DNA of 64,000 nt. It comes from Lingula anatina (Eukaryota; Animalia; Brachiopoda). Position 1 is the stretch's first letter; every line of letters starts with the position of its first letter. Shown piece after piece: positions 1-14,799 of the stretch. The position numbers were made by a program, and so were the translations under genes. Location: contig CM120644.1 of the NCBI GenBank assembly GCA_051362555.1, positions 14,468,534 through 14,532,533 of the forward strand. Reading direction: 5' to 3'. Below the pieces are notes generated by a model, which ran no database searches, had not been told where the DNA came from, and saw only the letters and a list, made by a program, of their open reading frames with translations.

Positions 1-3000
1 AAAAATAAGCTCTGAGAACAGAATCTGAGAGGGGGGGGAGACAGAGTTTTTGCTCTTTTTCTTCCTTAATGTTGACACCACCACTCTTCCAGCACTTTAT
101 TCTTACTACAAATGACCGAACTCACCTACCTGACACTATAATGAAGAAAAAAAATTTTCATCCCTACCTGGCCAAAATTGAAGAAATCTCACAGTGCCGG
201 CACTGTTCAAAATCACTCAAAATCACCAAAAATCGACCCGTCTCCGATTTTTCCAAAAAGAGACCAAAATCAATCTACCACACCTGTCATTCATAAAAAA
301 TGTGGAAACGCGCCCGGGTCACTTCATCAAGGCCCCCAATTCTAGCTTTAAAGATGATCCAAAAATAAGCTCTGAGAACAGAATCTGAGAGGGGGGGGGG
401 GGGAGAGAGAATTTTTGCTCTATTTCTTCCTTAATGTTGACAACACCACTCTTCCAGCACATTATTCTTACTACAAATGACCGAACACACCTACCTGACA
501 CTATAATGAAGAAAAAAAAAATTCATCCCTACCTGGCCAAAATTTAAGAAATCTCACAGTGCCGGCACTGTTCAAAATCACTCAAAATCACCAAAAATTG
601 ACCCGTCTCCGATTTTTCCAAAAAGTGACGAAAATCAATCTACCACACCTGTCATTCATAAAAAATGTGGAAACGCGCCCGGGTCACTTCATCAAGGCCC
701 CCAATTCTAGCTTTAAAGATGATCCAAAAATAAGCTCTGAGAACAGAATCTGAGAGGGGGGGGGGAGACAGAGTTTTTGCTCTTTTTCTTCATTAATGTT
801 GACACCACCAAACTTCCAGCACTTTATTCTTACTACAAATGACCAAACACACCTACCTGACACTATAATGAAGAAAAAAATTTTCATCCCTACCTGGCCA
901 AAATTGAAGAAATCTCACAGTGCCGGCACTGTTCAAAATCACTCAAAATCACCAAAAATCGACCCGTCTCCGATTTTTCCAAAAAGTGACGAAAATATAT
1001 CTACCACACCTGTCATTCATAAAAAATGTGGAAACGCACCCGGGTCACTTCATCAAGGCCCCCAATTCTAGCTTTAAAGATGATCCAAAAATAAGCTCTG
1101 AGAACAGAATCTGAGAGGGGGGGGGGGAGAGACAGAGTTTTTGCTCTTTTTCTTCCTTAATGTTGACACCACCACTCTTCCAGCACTTTATTCTTACTAC
1201 AAATGACCGAACACACCTACCTGACACTATAATGAAGAAAAAAAATTTTCATCCCTACCTGGCCAAAATTGAAGAAATCTCACAGTGCCGGCACTGTTCA
1301 AAATCACTCAAAATCACCAAAAATCGTCCCGTCTCCGATTTTTCCAAAAAGTGACGAAAATCAATCTACCACACCTGTCATTCATAAAAAATGTGGAAAC
1401 GCGCCCGGGTCACTTCATCAAGGCCCCCAATTCTAGCTTTAAAGATGATCCAAAAATAAGCTCTGAGAACAGAATCTGAGAGGGGGGGGGGGAGAGAGAG
1501 TTTTTGCTCTATTTCTTCCTTAATGTTGACACCACCACTCTTCCAGCACTTTATTCTTACTACAAATGACCGAACACACCTACCTGACACTATAATGAAG
1601 AAAAAAAATTTTCATCCCTACCTGGCCAAAATTGAAGAAATCTCACAGTGCCGGCACTGTTCAAAATCACTCAAAATCACCAAAAATCGACCCGTCTCCG
1701 ATTTTTCCAAAAAGTGACGAAAATATATCTACCACACCTGTCATTCATAAAAAATGTGGAAACGCGCCCGGGTCACTTCATCAAGGCCCCCAATTCTAGC
1801 TTTAAAGATGATCCAAAAATAAGCTCTGAGAACAGAATCTGAGAGGGGGGGGGGGGAGACAGAGTTTTTGCTCTTTTTCTTCCTTAATGTTGACACCACC
1901 ACTCTTCCAGCACTTTATTCTTACTACAAATGACCGAACACACCTACCTGACACTATAATGAAGAAAAAAAATTTTCATCCCTACCTGGCCAAAATTGAA
2001 GAAATCTCACAGTGCCGGCACTGTTCAAAATCACTCAAAATCACCAAAAATCGACCCGTCTCCGATTTTTCCAAAAAGTGACGAAAATCAATCTACCACA
2101 CCTGTCATTCATAAAAAATGTGGAAACGCGCCCGGGTCACTTCATCAAGGCCCCCAATTCTAGCTTTAAAGATGATCCAAAAATAAGCTCTGAGAACAGA
2201 ATCTGAGAGGGGGGGGGGAGAGAGAGTTTTTGCTCTATTTCTTCCTTAATGTTGACACCACCACTCTTCCAGCACTTTATTCTTACTACAAATGACCGAA
2301 CACACCTACCTGACACTATAATGAAGAAAAAAAATTTTCATCCCTACCTGGCCAAAATTGAAGAAATCTCACAGTGCCGGCACTGTTCAAAATCACTCAA
2401 AATCACCAAAAATCGACCCGTCTCCGATTTTTCCAAAAAGTGACGAAAATCAATCTACCACACCTGTCATTCATAAAAAATGTGGAAACGCGCCCGGGTC
2501 ACTTCATCAAGGCCCCCAATTCTAGCTTTAAAGATGATCCAAAAATAAGCTCTGAGAACAGAATCTGAGAGGGGGGGGGGAGAGAGAGTTTTTGCTCTAT
2601 TTCTTCCTTAATGTTGACACCACCACTCTTCCAGCACTTTATTCTTACTACAAATGACCGAACACACCTACATGACACTATAATGAAGAAAAAAAATTTT
2701 CATCCCTACCTGACCAAAATTGAAGAAATCTCACAGTGCCGGCACTGTTCAAAATCACTCAAAATCACCAAAAATTGACCCGTCTCCGATTTTTCCAAAA
2801 AGTGACGAAAATCAATCTACCACACCTGTCATTCATAAAAAATGTGGAAACGCGCCCGGGTCACTTCATCAAGGCCCCCAATTCTAGCTTTAAAGATGAT
2901 CCAAAAATAAGCTCTGAGAACAGAATCTGAGAGGGGGGGGAGACAGAGTTTTTGCTCTTTTTCTTCCTTAATGTTGACACCACCACTCTTCCAGCACTTT

Positions 3001-6000
3001 ATTCTTACTACAAATGACCGAACACACCTACCTGACACTATAATGAAGAAAAAATTTTTCATCCCTACCTGGCCAAAATTGAAGAAATTTCACAGTGCCG
3101 GCACTGTTCAAAATCACTCAAAATCACCAAAAATCGACCCATCTCCGATTTTTCCAAAAAGTGACCAAAATCAATCTACCACACCTGTCATTCATAAAAA
3201 ATGTGGAAACGCGCCCGGGTCACTTCATCAAGGCCCCCAATTCTAGCTTTAAAGATGATCCAAAAATAAGCTCTGAGAACAGAATCTGAGAGGGGGGGGA
3301 GACAGAGTTTTTGCTCTTTTTCTTCCTTAATGTTGACACCACCACTCTTCCAGCACTTTATTCTTACTACAAATGACCGAACACACCTACATGACACTAT
3401 AATGAAGAAAAAAAATTTTCATCCCTACCTGACCAAAATTGAAGAAATCTCACAGTGCCGGCACTGTTCAAAATCACTCAAAATCACCAAAAATCGACCC
3501 GTCTCCGATTTTTCCAAAAAGTGACGAAAATCAATCTACCACACCTGTCATTCATAAAAAATGTGGAAACGCGCCAGGGTCACTTTATCAAGGCCCCCAA
3601 TTCTAGCTTTAAAGATGATCCAAAAATAAGCTCTGAGAACAGAATCTGAGAGGCGGGGGGGGGGGGGGGGGAGACAGAGTTTTTGCTCTTTTTCTTCCTT
3701 AATGTTGACACCACCACTCTTCCAGCACTTTATTCTTACTACAAATGACCGAACACACCTACCTGACACTATAATGAAGAAAAAAATTTTCATCCCTACC
3801 TGGCCAAAATTGAAGAAATTTCACAGTGCCGGCACTGTTCAAAATCACTCAAAATCACCAAAAATCGACCCATCTAAGATTTTTCCAAAAAGTGACCAAA
3901 ATCAATCTACCACACCTGTCATTCATAAAAAATGTGGAAACGCGCCCGGGTCACTTCATCAAGGCCCCCAATTCTAGCTTTAAAGATGATCCAAAAATAA
4001 GCTCTGAGAACAGAATCTGAGAGGGGGGGGAGACAGAGTTTTTGCTCTTTTTCTTCATTAATGTTGACACCACCAAACTTCCAGCACTTTATTCTTACTA
4101 CAAATGACCAAACACACCTACCTGACACTATAATGAAGAAAAAAATTTTCATCCCTACCTGGCCAAAATTGAAGAAATCTCACAGTGCCGGCACTGTTCA
4201 AAATCACTCAAAATCACCAAAAATCGACCCGTCTCCGATTTTTCCAAAAAGTGACGAAAATATATCTACCACACCTGTCATTCATAAAAAATGTGGAAAC
4301 GCACCCGGGTCACTTCATCAAGGCCCCCAATTCTAGCTTTAAAGATGATCCAAAAATAAGCTCTGAGAACAGAATCTGAGAGGGGGGGGGGGGGGGGAGA
4401 CAGAGTTTTTGCTCTTTTTCTTCCTTAATGTTGACACCACCACTCTTCCAGCACTTTATTCTTACTACAAATGACCGAACACACCTACCTGACACTATAA
4501 TGAAGAAAAAAAATTTTCATCCCTACCTGGCCAAAATTGAAGAAATCTCACAGTGCCGGCACTGTTCAAAATCACTCAAAATCACCAAAAATCGACCCGT
4601 CTCCGATTTTTCCAAAAAGTGACGAAAATCAATCTACCACACCTGTCATTCATAAAAAATGTGGAAACGCGCCCGGGTCACTTCATCAAGGCCCCCAATT
4701 CTAGCTTTAAAGATGATCCAAAAATAAGCTCTGAGAACAGAATCTGAGAGGGGGGGGGGGGAGAGAGAGTTTTTGCTCTATTTCTTCCTTAATGTTGACA
4801 CCACCACTCTTCCAGCACTTTATTCTTACTACAAATGACCGAACACACCTACCTGACACTATAATGAAGAAAAAAAATTTTCATCCCTACCTGGCCAAAA
4901 TAGGAAATCTCACAGTGCCGGCACTGTTCAAAATCACTCAAAATCACCAAAAATCGACCCGTCTCCGATTTTTCCAAAAAGTGACGAAAATATATCTACC
5001 ACACCTGTCATTCATAAAAAATGTGGAAACGCGCCCGGGTCACTTCATCAAGGCCCCCAATTCTAGCTTTAAAGATGATCCAAAAATAAGCTCTGAGAAC
5101 AGAATCTGAGAGGGGGGGGGGGGGAGACAGAGTTTTTGCTCTTTTTCTTCCTTAATGTTGACACCACCACTCTTCCAGCACTTTATTCTTACTACAAATG
5201 ACCGAACACACCTACCTGACACTATAATGAAGAAAAAATTTTTCATCCCTACCTGGCCAAAATTGAAGAAATTTCACAGTGCCGGCACTGTTCAAAATCA
5301 CTCAAAATCACCAAAAATCGACCCATCTCCGATTTTTCCAAAAAGTGACCAAAATCAATCTACCACACCTGTCATTCATAAAAAATGTGGAAACGCGCCC
5401 GGGTCACTTCATCAAGGCCCCCAATTCTAGCTTTAAAGATGATCCAAAAATAAGCTCTGAGAACAGAATCTGAGAGGGGGGGGAGACAGAGTTTTTGCTC
5501 TTTTTCTTCCTTAATGTTGACACCACCACTCTTCCAGCACTTTATTCTTACTACAAATGACCGAACACACCTACATGACACTATAATGAAGAAAAAAAAT
5601 TTTCATCCCTACCTGACCAAAATTGAAGAAATCTCACAGTGCCGGCACTGTTCAAAATCACTCAAAATCACCAAAAATCGACCCGTCTCCGATTTTTCCA
5701 AAAAGTGACGAAAATCAATCTACCACACCTGTCATTCATAAAAAATGTGGAAACGCGCCAGGGTCACTTCATCAAGGCCCCCAATTCTAGCTTTAAAGAT
5801 GATCCAAAAATAAGCTCTGAGAACAGAATCTGAGAGGCGGGGGGGGGGGGGAGACAGAGTTTTTGCTCTTTTTCTTCCTTAATGTTGACACCACCACTCT
5901 TCCAGCACTTTATTCTTACTACAAATGACCGAACACACCTACCTGACACTATAATGAAGAAAAAAATTTTCATCCCTACCTGGCCAAAATTGAAGAAATC

Positions 6001-9000
6001 TCACAGTGCCGGCACTGTTCAAAATCACTCAAAATCACCAAAAATCGACCCATCTCCGATTTTTCCAAAAAGTGACGAAAATATATCTACCACACCTGTC
6101 ATTCATAAAAAATGTGGAAACGTGCCCGGGTCACTTCATCAAGGCCCCCAATTCTAGCTTTAAAGGTGATCCAAAAATAAGCTCTGAGAACAGAATCTGA
6201 GAGGGGGGGGGAGACAGAGTTTTTGCTCTTTTTCTTCCTTAATGTTGACACCACCACTCTTCCAGCACTTTATTCTTACTACAAATGACCGAACACACCT
6301 ACCTGACACTATAATGAAGAAAAAAATTTTCATCCCTACCTGGCCAAAATTGAAGAAATCTCACAGTGCCGGCACTGTTCAAAATCACTCAAAATCACCA
6401 AAAATCGACCCATCTCCGATTTTTCCAAAAAGTGACGAAAATATATCTACCACACCTGTCATTCATAAAAAATGTGGAAACGTGCCCGGGTCACTTCATC
6501 AAGGCCCCCAATTCTAGCTTTAAAGATGATCCAAAAATAAGCTCTGTGAACAGAATCTGAGAGGGGGGGGAGACAGAGTTTTTGCTCTTTTTCTTCCTTA
6601 ATGTTGACACCACCACTCTTCCAGCACTTTATTCTTACTACAAATGACCGAACACACCTACCTGACACTATAATGAAGAAAAAAAATTTTCATCCCTACC
6701 TGGCCAAAATTGAAGAAATCTCACAGTGCCGGCACTGTTCAAAATCACTCAAAATCACCAAAAATCGACCCGTCTCCGATTTTTCCAAAAAGTGATGAAA
6801 ATATATCTACCACACCTGTCATTCATAAAAAATGTGGAAACGCGCCCGGGTCACTTCATCAAGGCCCCCAATTCTAGCTTTAAAGATGATCCAAAAATAA
6901 GCTCTGAGAACAGAATCTGAGAGGGGGGGGTAGAGAGAGTTTTTGGTTTTTTTCTTCCTTAATGTTGACACCACCACTCTTCCAGCACTTTATTCTTACT
7001 ACAAATGACCGAACACACCTACCTGACACTATAATGAAGAAAAAAATTTTCATCCCTACCTGGCCAAAATTGAAGAAATCTCACAGTGCCGGCACTGTTC
7101 AAAATCACTCAAAATCACCAAAAATCGACCCGTCTCCGATTTTTCCAAAAAGTGACGAAAATCAATCTACCACACCTGTCATTCATAAAAAATGTGGAAA
7201 CGCGCCCGGGTCACTTCATCAAGGCCCCCAATTCTAGCTTTAAAGATGATCCAAAAATAAGCTCTGAGAACAGAATCTGAGAGAGGGGGGGGGGAGACAG
7301 AGTTTTTGCTCTTTTTCTTCCTTAATGTTGACACCACCACTCTTCCAGCACTTTATTCTTACTACAAATGACCGAACACACCTACCTGACACTATAATGA
7401 AGAAAAAAAATTTTCATCCCTACCTGGCCAAAATTGAAGAAATCTCACAGTGCCGGCACTGTTCAAAATCACTCAAAATCACCAAAAATCGACCCGTCTC
7501 CGATTTTTCCAAAAAGTGACCAAAATCAATCTACCACACCTGTCATTCATAAAAAATGTGGAAACGCGCCCGGGTCACTTCATCAAGGCCCCCAATTCTA
7601 GCTTTAAAGGTGATCCAAAAATAAGCTCTGAGAACAGAATCTGATGGGGGGGGAGACAGAGTTTTTGCTCTTTTTCTTCCTTAATGTTGACACCACCACT
7701 CTTCCAGCACTTTATTCTTACTACAAATGACCGAACACACCTACCTGACACTATAATGAAGAAAAAAAATTTTCATCCCTACCTGGCCAAAATTTAAGAA
7801 ATCTCACAGTGCCGGCACTGTTCAAAATCACTCAAAATCACCAAATATTGACCCGTCTCCGATTTTTCCAAAAAGTGACGAAAATCAATCTACCACACCT
7901 GTCATTCATAAAAAATGTGGAAACGCGCCCGGGTCACTTCATCAAGGCCCCCAATTCTAGCTTTAAAGGTGATCCAAAAATAAGCTCTGAGAACAGAATC
8001 TGATGGGGGGGGGGGAGACAGAGTTTTTGCTCTTTTTCTTCCTTAATGTTGACACCACCACTCTTCCAGCACTTTATTCTTACTACAAATGACCGAACAC
8101 ACCTACATGACACTATAATGAAGAAAAAAAAATTTCATCCCTACCTGGCCAAAATTGAAGAAATCTCACAGTGCCGGCACTGTTCAAAATCACTCAAAAT
8201 CACCAAATATTGACCCGTCTCCGATTTTTCCAAAAAGTGACGAAAATCAATCTACCACACCTGTCATTCATAAAAAATGTGGAAACGTGCCCAGGTCACT
8301 TCATCAAGGCCCCCAATTCTAGCTTTAAAGATGATCCAAAAATAAGCTCTGAGAACAGAATCTGAGAGGGGGGGAGAGACAGAGTTTTTGCTCTATTTCT
8401 TCCTTAATGTTGACACCACCACTCTTCCAGCACTTTATTCTTACTACAAATGACCGAACACACCTACCTGACACTATAATGAAGAAAAAAATTTTCATCC
8501 CTACCTGGCCAAAATTGAAGAAATCTCACAGTGCCGGCACTGTTCAAAATCACTCAAAATCACCAAAAATCGACCCGTCTCCGATTTTTCCAAAAAGTGA
8601 CGAAAATCAATCTACCACACCTGTCATTCATAAAAAATGTGGAAACGCGCCCGGGTCACTTCATCAAGGCCCCCAATTCTAGCTTTAAAGATGATCCAAA
8701 AATAAGCTCTGAGAACAGAATCTGAGGGGGGGGGGTAGAGAGAGTTTTTGCTCTATTTCTTCCTTAATGTTGACACCACCACTCTTCCAGCACTTTATTC
8801 TTACTACAAATGACCGAACACACCTACATGACACTATAATGAAGAAAAAAAAATTTCATCCCTACCTGGCCAAAATTGAAGAAATCTCACAGTGCCGGCA
8901 CTGTTCAAAATCACTCAAAATCACCAAAAATCGACCCGTCTCCGATTTTTCCAAAAAGTGACGAAAATCAATCTACCACACCTGTCATTCATAAAAAATG

Positions 9001-9137
9001 TGGAAACGCGCCCGGGTCACTTCATCAAGGCCCCCAATTCTAGCTTTAAAGATGATTCAAAAATAAGCTCTGAGAACACAATCTGAGAGGGGGGGGGGAG
9101 ACAGAGTTTTTGCTCTATTTCTTCCTTAATGTTGACA
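1..9137. repeat. Satellite DNA array, ~360-370 bp monomer, ~25 copies; continues past the left edge of the window
   Basis: Head-to-tail repeats beginning aaaaataagctctgagaacagaatctgagaG(n) at 1, 361, ~726, ~1087 and onward. Monomers differ mainly in poly-G/poly-A length and scattered SNPs. The array stops mid-monomer at ...aatgttgaca|gattgt (9137). Confidence 0.98.
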
Positions 9138-10440
9138 GATTGTAATGTATAGATCTTCAATTAAAATAGATAGCCCGGGGACCGTACAAATGTTTTTCAT
9201 CTCGCGCAGCGCTATTCCCCGAATGTTTGAACATCATTCACTTTAATACTATTTGAGTTGTTATATCTATCGTCATTATTATTTTCAAATTTTGATACAA
9301 TCTAAACTGTTGTCCTTAAGTAATATGACGATGGTGACAAATACGTCTATGCAGCCAGGGTTATGGCCTTGTCACAATAGTAAAATAATATTGTGTAGAT
9401 TCGCCGTTCTTTGAGACCGATTTCCATAGCAACCCCTTCAATAAAAATGTGCCATGCACTGTACCAGTTGTAATTTGCATAACAATAAGTCATGCATCGC
9501 AGTGCGAGCTGTGCTCCTGGCTGGTCACTTGACAGCTAGACCCTGTAACAAGATGACCTGCAAGATGATGTGTGGTTGAAGCTCGGACCCATTGCCTTGT
9601 TTGGTGGAACCACGATTGAAGAAAATATGTTTTGTGAGTAAAGTATCGTCTTCTATCGTTTACCAGTGGAAAGAAATTAAATGATCCAATAATGTATTAC
9701 GTGTACAGTGCATATGTAAATGTACGGCTTGCCTAAATTTTCGCCCTTAAATGTTACGATGTAGCTGTACTCAGTCAAGAAACTCGCACTGATTGATTTG
9801 GATCATTCAATTTATTCCCAAAACCCACCGTTAAATTAAAGGAAGAGAAATAAAACAAAAGAAGTAGACCTACCCGGTAACAGAAACCAAAGGTGTAACG
9901 TAAAATGTGCATGTAGAAATACTGGACACAAATTAAAATACAAGAAAAATAACGAAAAAATGAAACTGTAAATTACACGAAGTACATAGGAAAGTGTAAG
10001 AAAAAAGATAGACAGAAACGCTGTAAAGACCCAAAGCCAAAGAAGTTTACATCAGCGTTAAAATAGACTACAGTACCCTGTCCACTGACTGAGTGAGCTA
10101 ATATCGTTGTAAAAGGATAGACAGAAACGTTGCAAGGACCTAAAGTCGAAGAGGTTTACGTTTGAAATAGATTACCTTGTCCTCCTACTAAGTGAGCTAA
10201 TATCTTTAGAAATTACCCTGTCCCGTTCTGTGTTTGATATTAAAGCGAAAAAGAAGCAAGAGAGGAAGCCGTATATATACAGTGGAATGAGAACTGTTTA
10301 GTGCATTATGTGGCAGAGGCATGTGACGGCGCGGTTAGGTATGTGCAGTGGCCTGTAACGTTGTAATTAGTAGAGCGAGAGAAAGCAAAGGAGGGCAAAC
10401 GTGAAAGAAAGGAAAATGCAGTTCGTGTGAATAATATATA

Positions 10441-10663
10441 AACTAGAAAAGCACTCCGAGAGCGCAGACCTCCGCCAAGGCAGTATTTTTTTATTATTAT
10501 TGATTGATTATTGATCCGGATCACCACCATAAACTAATCATATCTTTCTTGGCCCACTTCTGACAGTTCCTGAAAAAATCATTAAAATCGGTCCATAACT
10601 TTTTTAATTATGTTGATGACTGACAAACAGGGGCGAAAACATAACCTCCTTGGCGGAGATAAT
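10441..10663 (+). mobile_element. Short non-autonomous element, Helentron/DINE-1-like
   Basis: Starts aactagaaaagcactccgagagcgcagacctccgccaagg and ends ataacctccttggcggagata; subterminal inverted repeat ctccgccaagg/ccttggcggag. A related longer copy lies at 27991-28412. Family assignment is inferred from architecture. Confidence 0.6.
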
Positions 10664-12536
10664 AAAGGACATACTGTAAAAGAAAAAAAATGATAATAAA
10701 TAAATATATAAATGACTCCCATAAATGAAAACAAATAAAGAGTGTTACGGGCAGTTACACATACCGCAGGTAAGGCCTCAAGTCGCCCGGTGTTGTAGTT
10801 GCTGACTGTAGTTGTCATAAATATACACACCCAGTCAGAACTTGTGCCCCCCCCCCCTCCCCGACGCACCTTGTAGTGTATGGTTTCCCTTTATGTACAA
10901 TAAGGTTACATATAGCATGTGACGCAGAAAACTGAGGCAAGTATCAGGATAATTTACATACATCTTCCCTGCTATGATTTTAGTTTGATATTGCTGGTGT
11001 GTGTAATGCGTTTAATTTGTAAGATTTATGGAATGTTTTGAATAAACTCCTTTAAAATTAATGCGTTTTTTTTTTTTTTGTTTTTTTTTTTTTTTTTCAA
11101 TTTTCTTATCTCAGATCAAATTGCATTGCATTGGGATATCATTTTAATATTGTAATTAACATATTATTTTGATTTTTCAGAATTGTCAACTCTGCGGTGA
11201 TCCTGCAAAATATACGTGCGTCTGACTGAAAGAATCCTCCAAAGCCTCCTAGTCGGATTTTGGAACCTTGCACAGGCACACATGCACGCACTGACGCGCT
11301 CGAACCAAAACACAGCGCACTTGTAATATGGCGAAAATGGTATACGTTTTTATTGTGACTGTCAAAAAAATTTAGGACAACACCATTTGCATATCAGATT
11401 TGAACATATTTAAATGTTTTTCAAAAATGTGGTCGATCATGTTCCCTTTTCAAATTATATTCAGTAATTGAGCATTTTTCATTTCAAATTATACGTTAAT
11501 TAGGATGCATCTGATTCTATTTGAACTCATCAGTCTTTCTCCAATTTTATTATTGTGCAATGGTGTTATTATTTAAGGGTTTAAAATGTCACTATGCATT
11601 TTTAAAGCATTTGTGTATCACAGCATTCAAACTTGAAGGTAAAAATTACATTTCCACAAAGTTGCAGATTGAAGTTCGGGTAATTAATTAATTTACTTTG
11701 TTTACATTCATTTGATTTACATTGTAGGAGTCATTTCTATTTTAAAATTTGTATGTGTTCTGTGCCCGATCCTGTGAATGGCGATCTTAGACATGAAAGC
11801 CAAAGTAATATCAATTACAGTCTTTTCTATATTAAATATATTTCGTTCCTTCAAATTGAAACAAAAAGAAAAAAATTGAATTTGTACAAATAAGTGTTGC
11901 AATTAACCATTTTTGTGCTGAAATCAAGATTAGAATTATGCGGTGAAGTATGTCACAAAATATATATATAAATTCTGGATCTGCCAATTTTAAGATGTAG
12001 ATTCATGTCTGCTCACATAAAAAAGCATGTCGCCCTTGGTCTATCCTGTATACAGCAATAAATGTATACACAATATACAGTACTAATGATACTTTTAAAT
12101 GTCCATGGAAAAACTGACATATTTTTTTTCCTTGAATTTTAAATTTAGCTCGACACTCTTTTTAATTTTAATATTGGTTCTTTAAGTATAAAGCGTGAAT
12201 GCTGGTATTGAAATTCCAGTACAAATAGAGAAAGTATTAGGAACAAGTTCCAATGCAAATCCAAACCACTTTTCCCAAATGTCAATAATTCATATTTTTT
12301 AAAATTATTTAACTAGAGTCTATGTTAATCTAAGTGTGCATATATCTTTATTGTAGTTCCTCACCATGATTTTCTGTCGCAAAAGATGTTCTAAATAAAT
12401 AAATAAATAAATAGCACACTAGAATGACTTTGTTTTATAGTTTCATAGGAGTCTGGTTTGTGTGATTGTATAGATGTGGGTGACATGAGAGGAATCCTTT
12501 TTGAAGTGTGACAAATGGGTCAAGTCCATTTAATTT

Positions 12537-13210
12537 GAGGGGTGACAGGTGGGGCGTGTCCATTTTGTCAGAGGGGGTGACAGGTGGGGCGAGTCCATTC
12601 CGTCAGAGGGGTGACAGGTGGGGCGAGTCCATTCCGTCAGAGGGGTGACAGGTGGGGCGAGTCCATTCCGTCAGAGGGGTGACAGGTGGGGCGAGTCCAT
12701 TTCGTCAGAGGGGTGACAGGTGGGGCGAGTCCATTTCGTCAGAGGGGTGACAGGTGGGGCGAGTCCATTTCGTCATAGGGGGTGACAGGTGGGGCGAGTC
12801 CATTTCGCCAGAGGGGTGACAGGTGGGGCGAGTCCATTTTGTCAGAGGGGGGGTGACAGGTGGGGCGAGTCCATTTCGTCAGAGGGGGTGACAGGTGGGG
12901 CGAGTCCATTTCGCCAGAGGGGTGACAGGTGGGGCGAGTCCATTTTGTCAGAGGGGGGTGACAGGTGGGGCGAGTCCATTCCGTCAGAGGGGTGACAGGT
13001 GGGGCGAGTCCATTCCGTCAGAGGGGTGACAGGTGGGGCGAATCCATTCTGTCAGAGGGGTGACAGGTGGGGCGAGTTCATTCCGTCAGAGGGGTGACAG
13101 GTGGGGCGAGTCCATTCCATTTAAGGGGTGACAGGTAGGGCGAGTCCATTCGATTTGAGGGGTGACAGGTGGGGCGAGTCCATTCTGAATGAGGGGTGGC
13201 AGGTGGGGCA
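12537..13210. repeat. G-rich minisatellite, ~34-bp unit, ~20 copies
   Basis: Unit gaggggtgacaggtggggcgagtccattccgtca; copies degenerate toward both edges. Confidence 0.95.
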
Positions 13211-14729
13211 ATTTAATCCCACTTGAGGTGTGAGATGTGGGGTAAGACCACTTTATTTGAGGAGCACATGCAAGTTAAATCATCACAAAATTACATTTTA
13301 ATGCTGCTGTAATTAAGTGTATAAAGAACACATTTTTAATAATGTTAACAAAGTTTTAGGGTGATATAAATTTGTATGATGTAGAAATAGACATTAAATT
13401 TTTGGTCTCAAAATTTGCTTTTCCACAATTTAATAAAAATGTTATCTTTTTGTCTGTGCATATGTGGAAATAAATATACGTCACAAAATTAAAGGGTCAA
13501 TAAATTTTTTTATATTCTTTTAATTAGATCTTTAAAAGATATCGGAATATACAGATCCCATGTTTTGTTGGAGAAGCAGATTTCAACTGTTACCATTTCA
13601 AAAAGTGTGCCGTCTTTCTCATTTTTGTTTAAAATTGAAGCATTCATCAGATGAGAAGGGCGTAAAATTAGAAGCAATTTTCTGTAGCAAAAACCAAAAC
13701 CATTTAAAAATGGACCCGTATTAAATTATGAAAATGATATCAGGGATGATGAACTAATCCATTCCAAGAAATAATAAAATTAGCTATAGAATAAAATGTA
13801 GAATAGATTTTCAAAAAGCAAGATCGATAATTCATACAAATTGTATTTATAAATGTGGGCTGTTGGAAAACTGGGTAGATGTATTCTTAAAAAACTCAAC
13901 TCAATTGTTCACAAAACACTGTACATGTTAACAATTTTACCCCTTTCCCTTTATTATTTCTTATAATTTTATCATCATTATTTCATATCAAAGAGAAAAT
14001 AAACAAGGAATTACAAACGTATTTATTCAACTTTATCAAAATAGATGCATGAATGCGCGTAGGGTTCCAGAACGTGGATGAAAGGCTTGGTGGCTAGCGG
14101 GTGGCTGTCGTGCAGTTCTCGGTATCTCAGTGGACTTCTGAAATGAGAAGGTAATGTTAATGATATCTGACTAAACGGGCAGGCTCGGAAGATACATAGC
14201 ATGCTTTTTACATCAAAAAGAAGAGGGAACTTGAAATGATGTGGGTGTTTACCAACTTGTCGGATGTTCAGGCTCAGATAGCACCCAAAAACAAGGCAGC
14301 AAAGCTGTCAAATGTACAGACAAAAACCAGAAAATAAAAATGCAGGAAATAGGATACTGTCAATTCTGATGCACTAATGTATTATGCTTACTGTAACTGC
14401 ATAGCCAACATCAAATTCTAATTCTGCATAACAGTGGATTAGGATGAAAGTAAAATGTAACAAGCATTAGACTGAGTTCCCATACCTAGATCAATCTAAC
14501 AAGATCAATCCAACTCCAAGGGGTTTCTCACTAAATTGCTTTCAGCTTAAGTGGCTTAGGATTCTGGCATGCCAGTATTAGTAGGCATGACAGACAGCTA
14601 AGCCACTAAGCAATTTGATTGCAATTAAGCGAGAATTCCCTTGGAGATAGATCGATCCACAGTTAGCGTGATAGGGTCTGGAAATAGTCCCTAAGGCTTC
14701 AGACTAATAAGAGTTAAACTATGGAAATG

Positions 14730-14799
<70 letters not shown>

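Noticed and set aside
69-9086. Dozens of repeated 60-105 aa ORFs
   Set aside because: They are translations of the satellite monomer, with frames shifting on homopolymer length and no recognisable domain.
12537-13210. ~34-bp repeats superficially like a CRISPR array, plus ORF 12789-12995
   Set aside because: The repeats are head-to-tail with no unique spacers, there are no cas genes and the context is eukaryotic.
14288-14340. ~50-bp sequence also present inverted at ~40842-40893; similarly 16560-16700 resembles 29575-29700
   Set aside because: Short dispersed repeat fragments with no definable ends; most likely old transposon debris.
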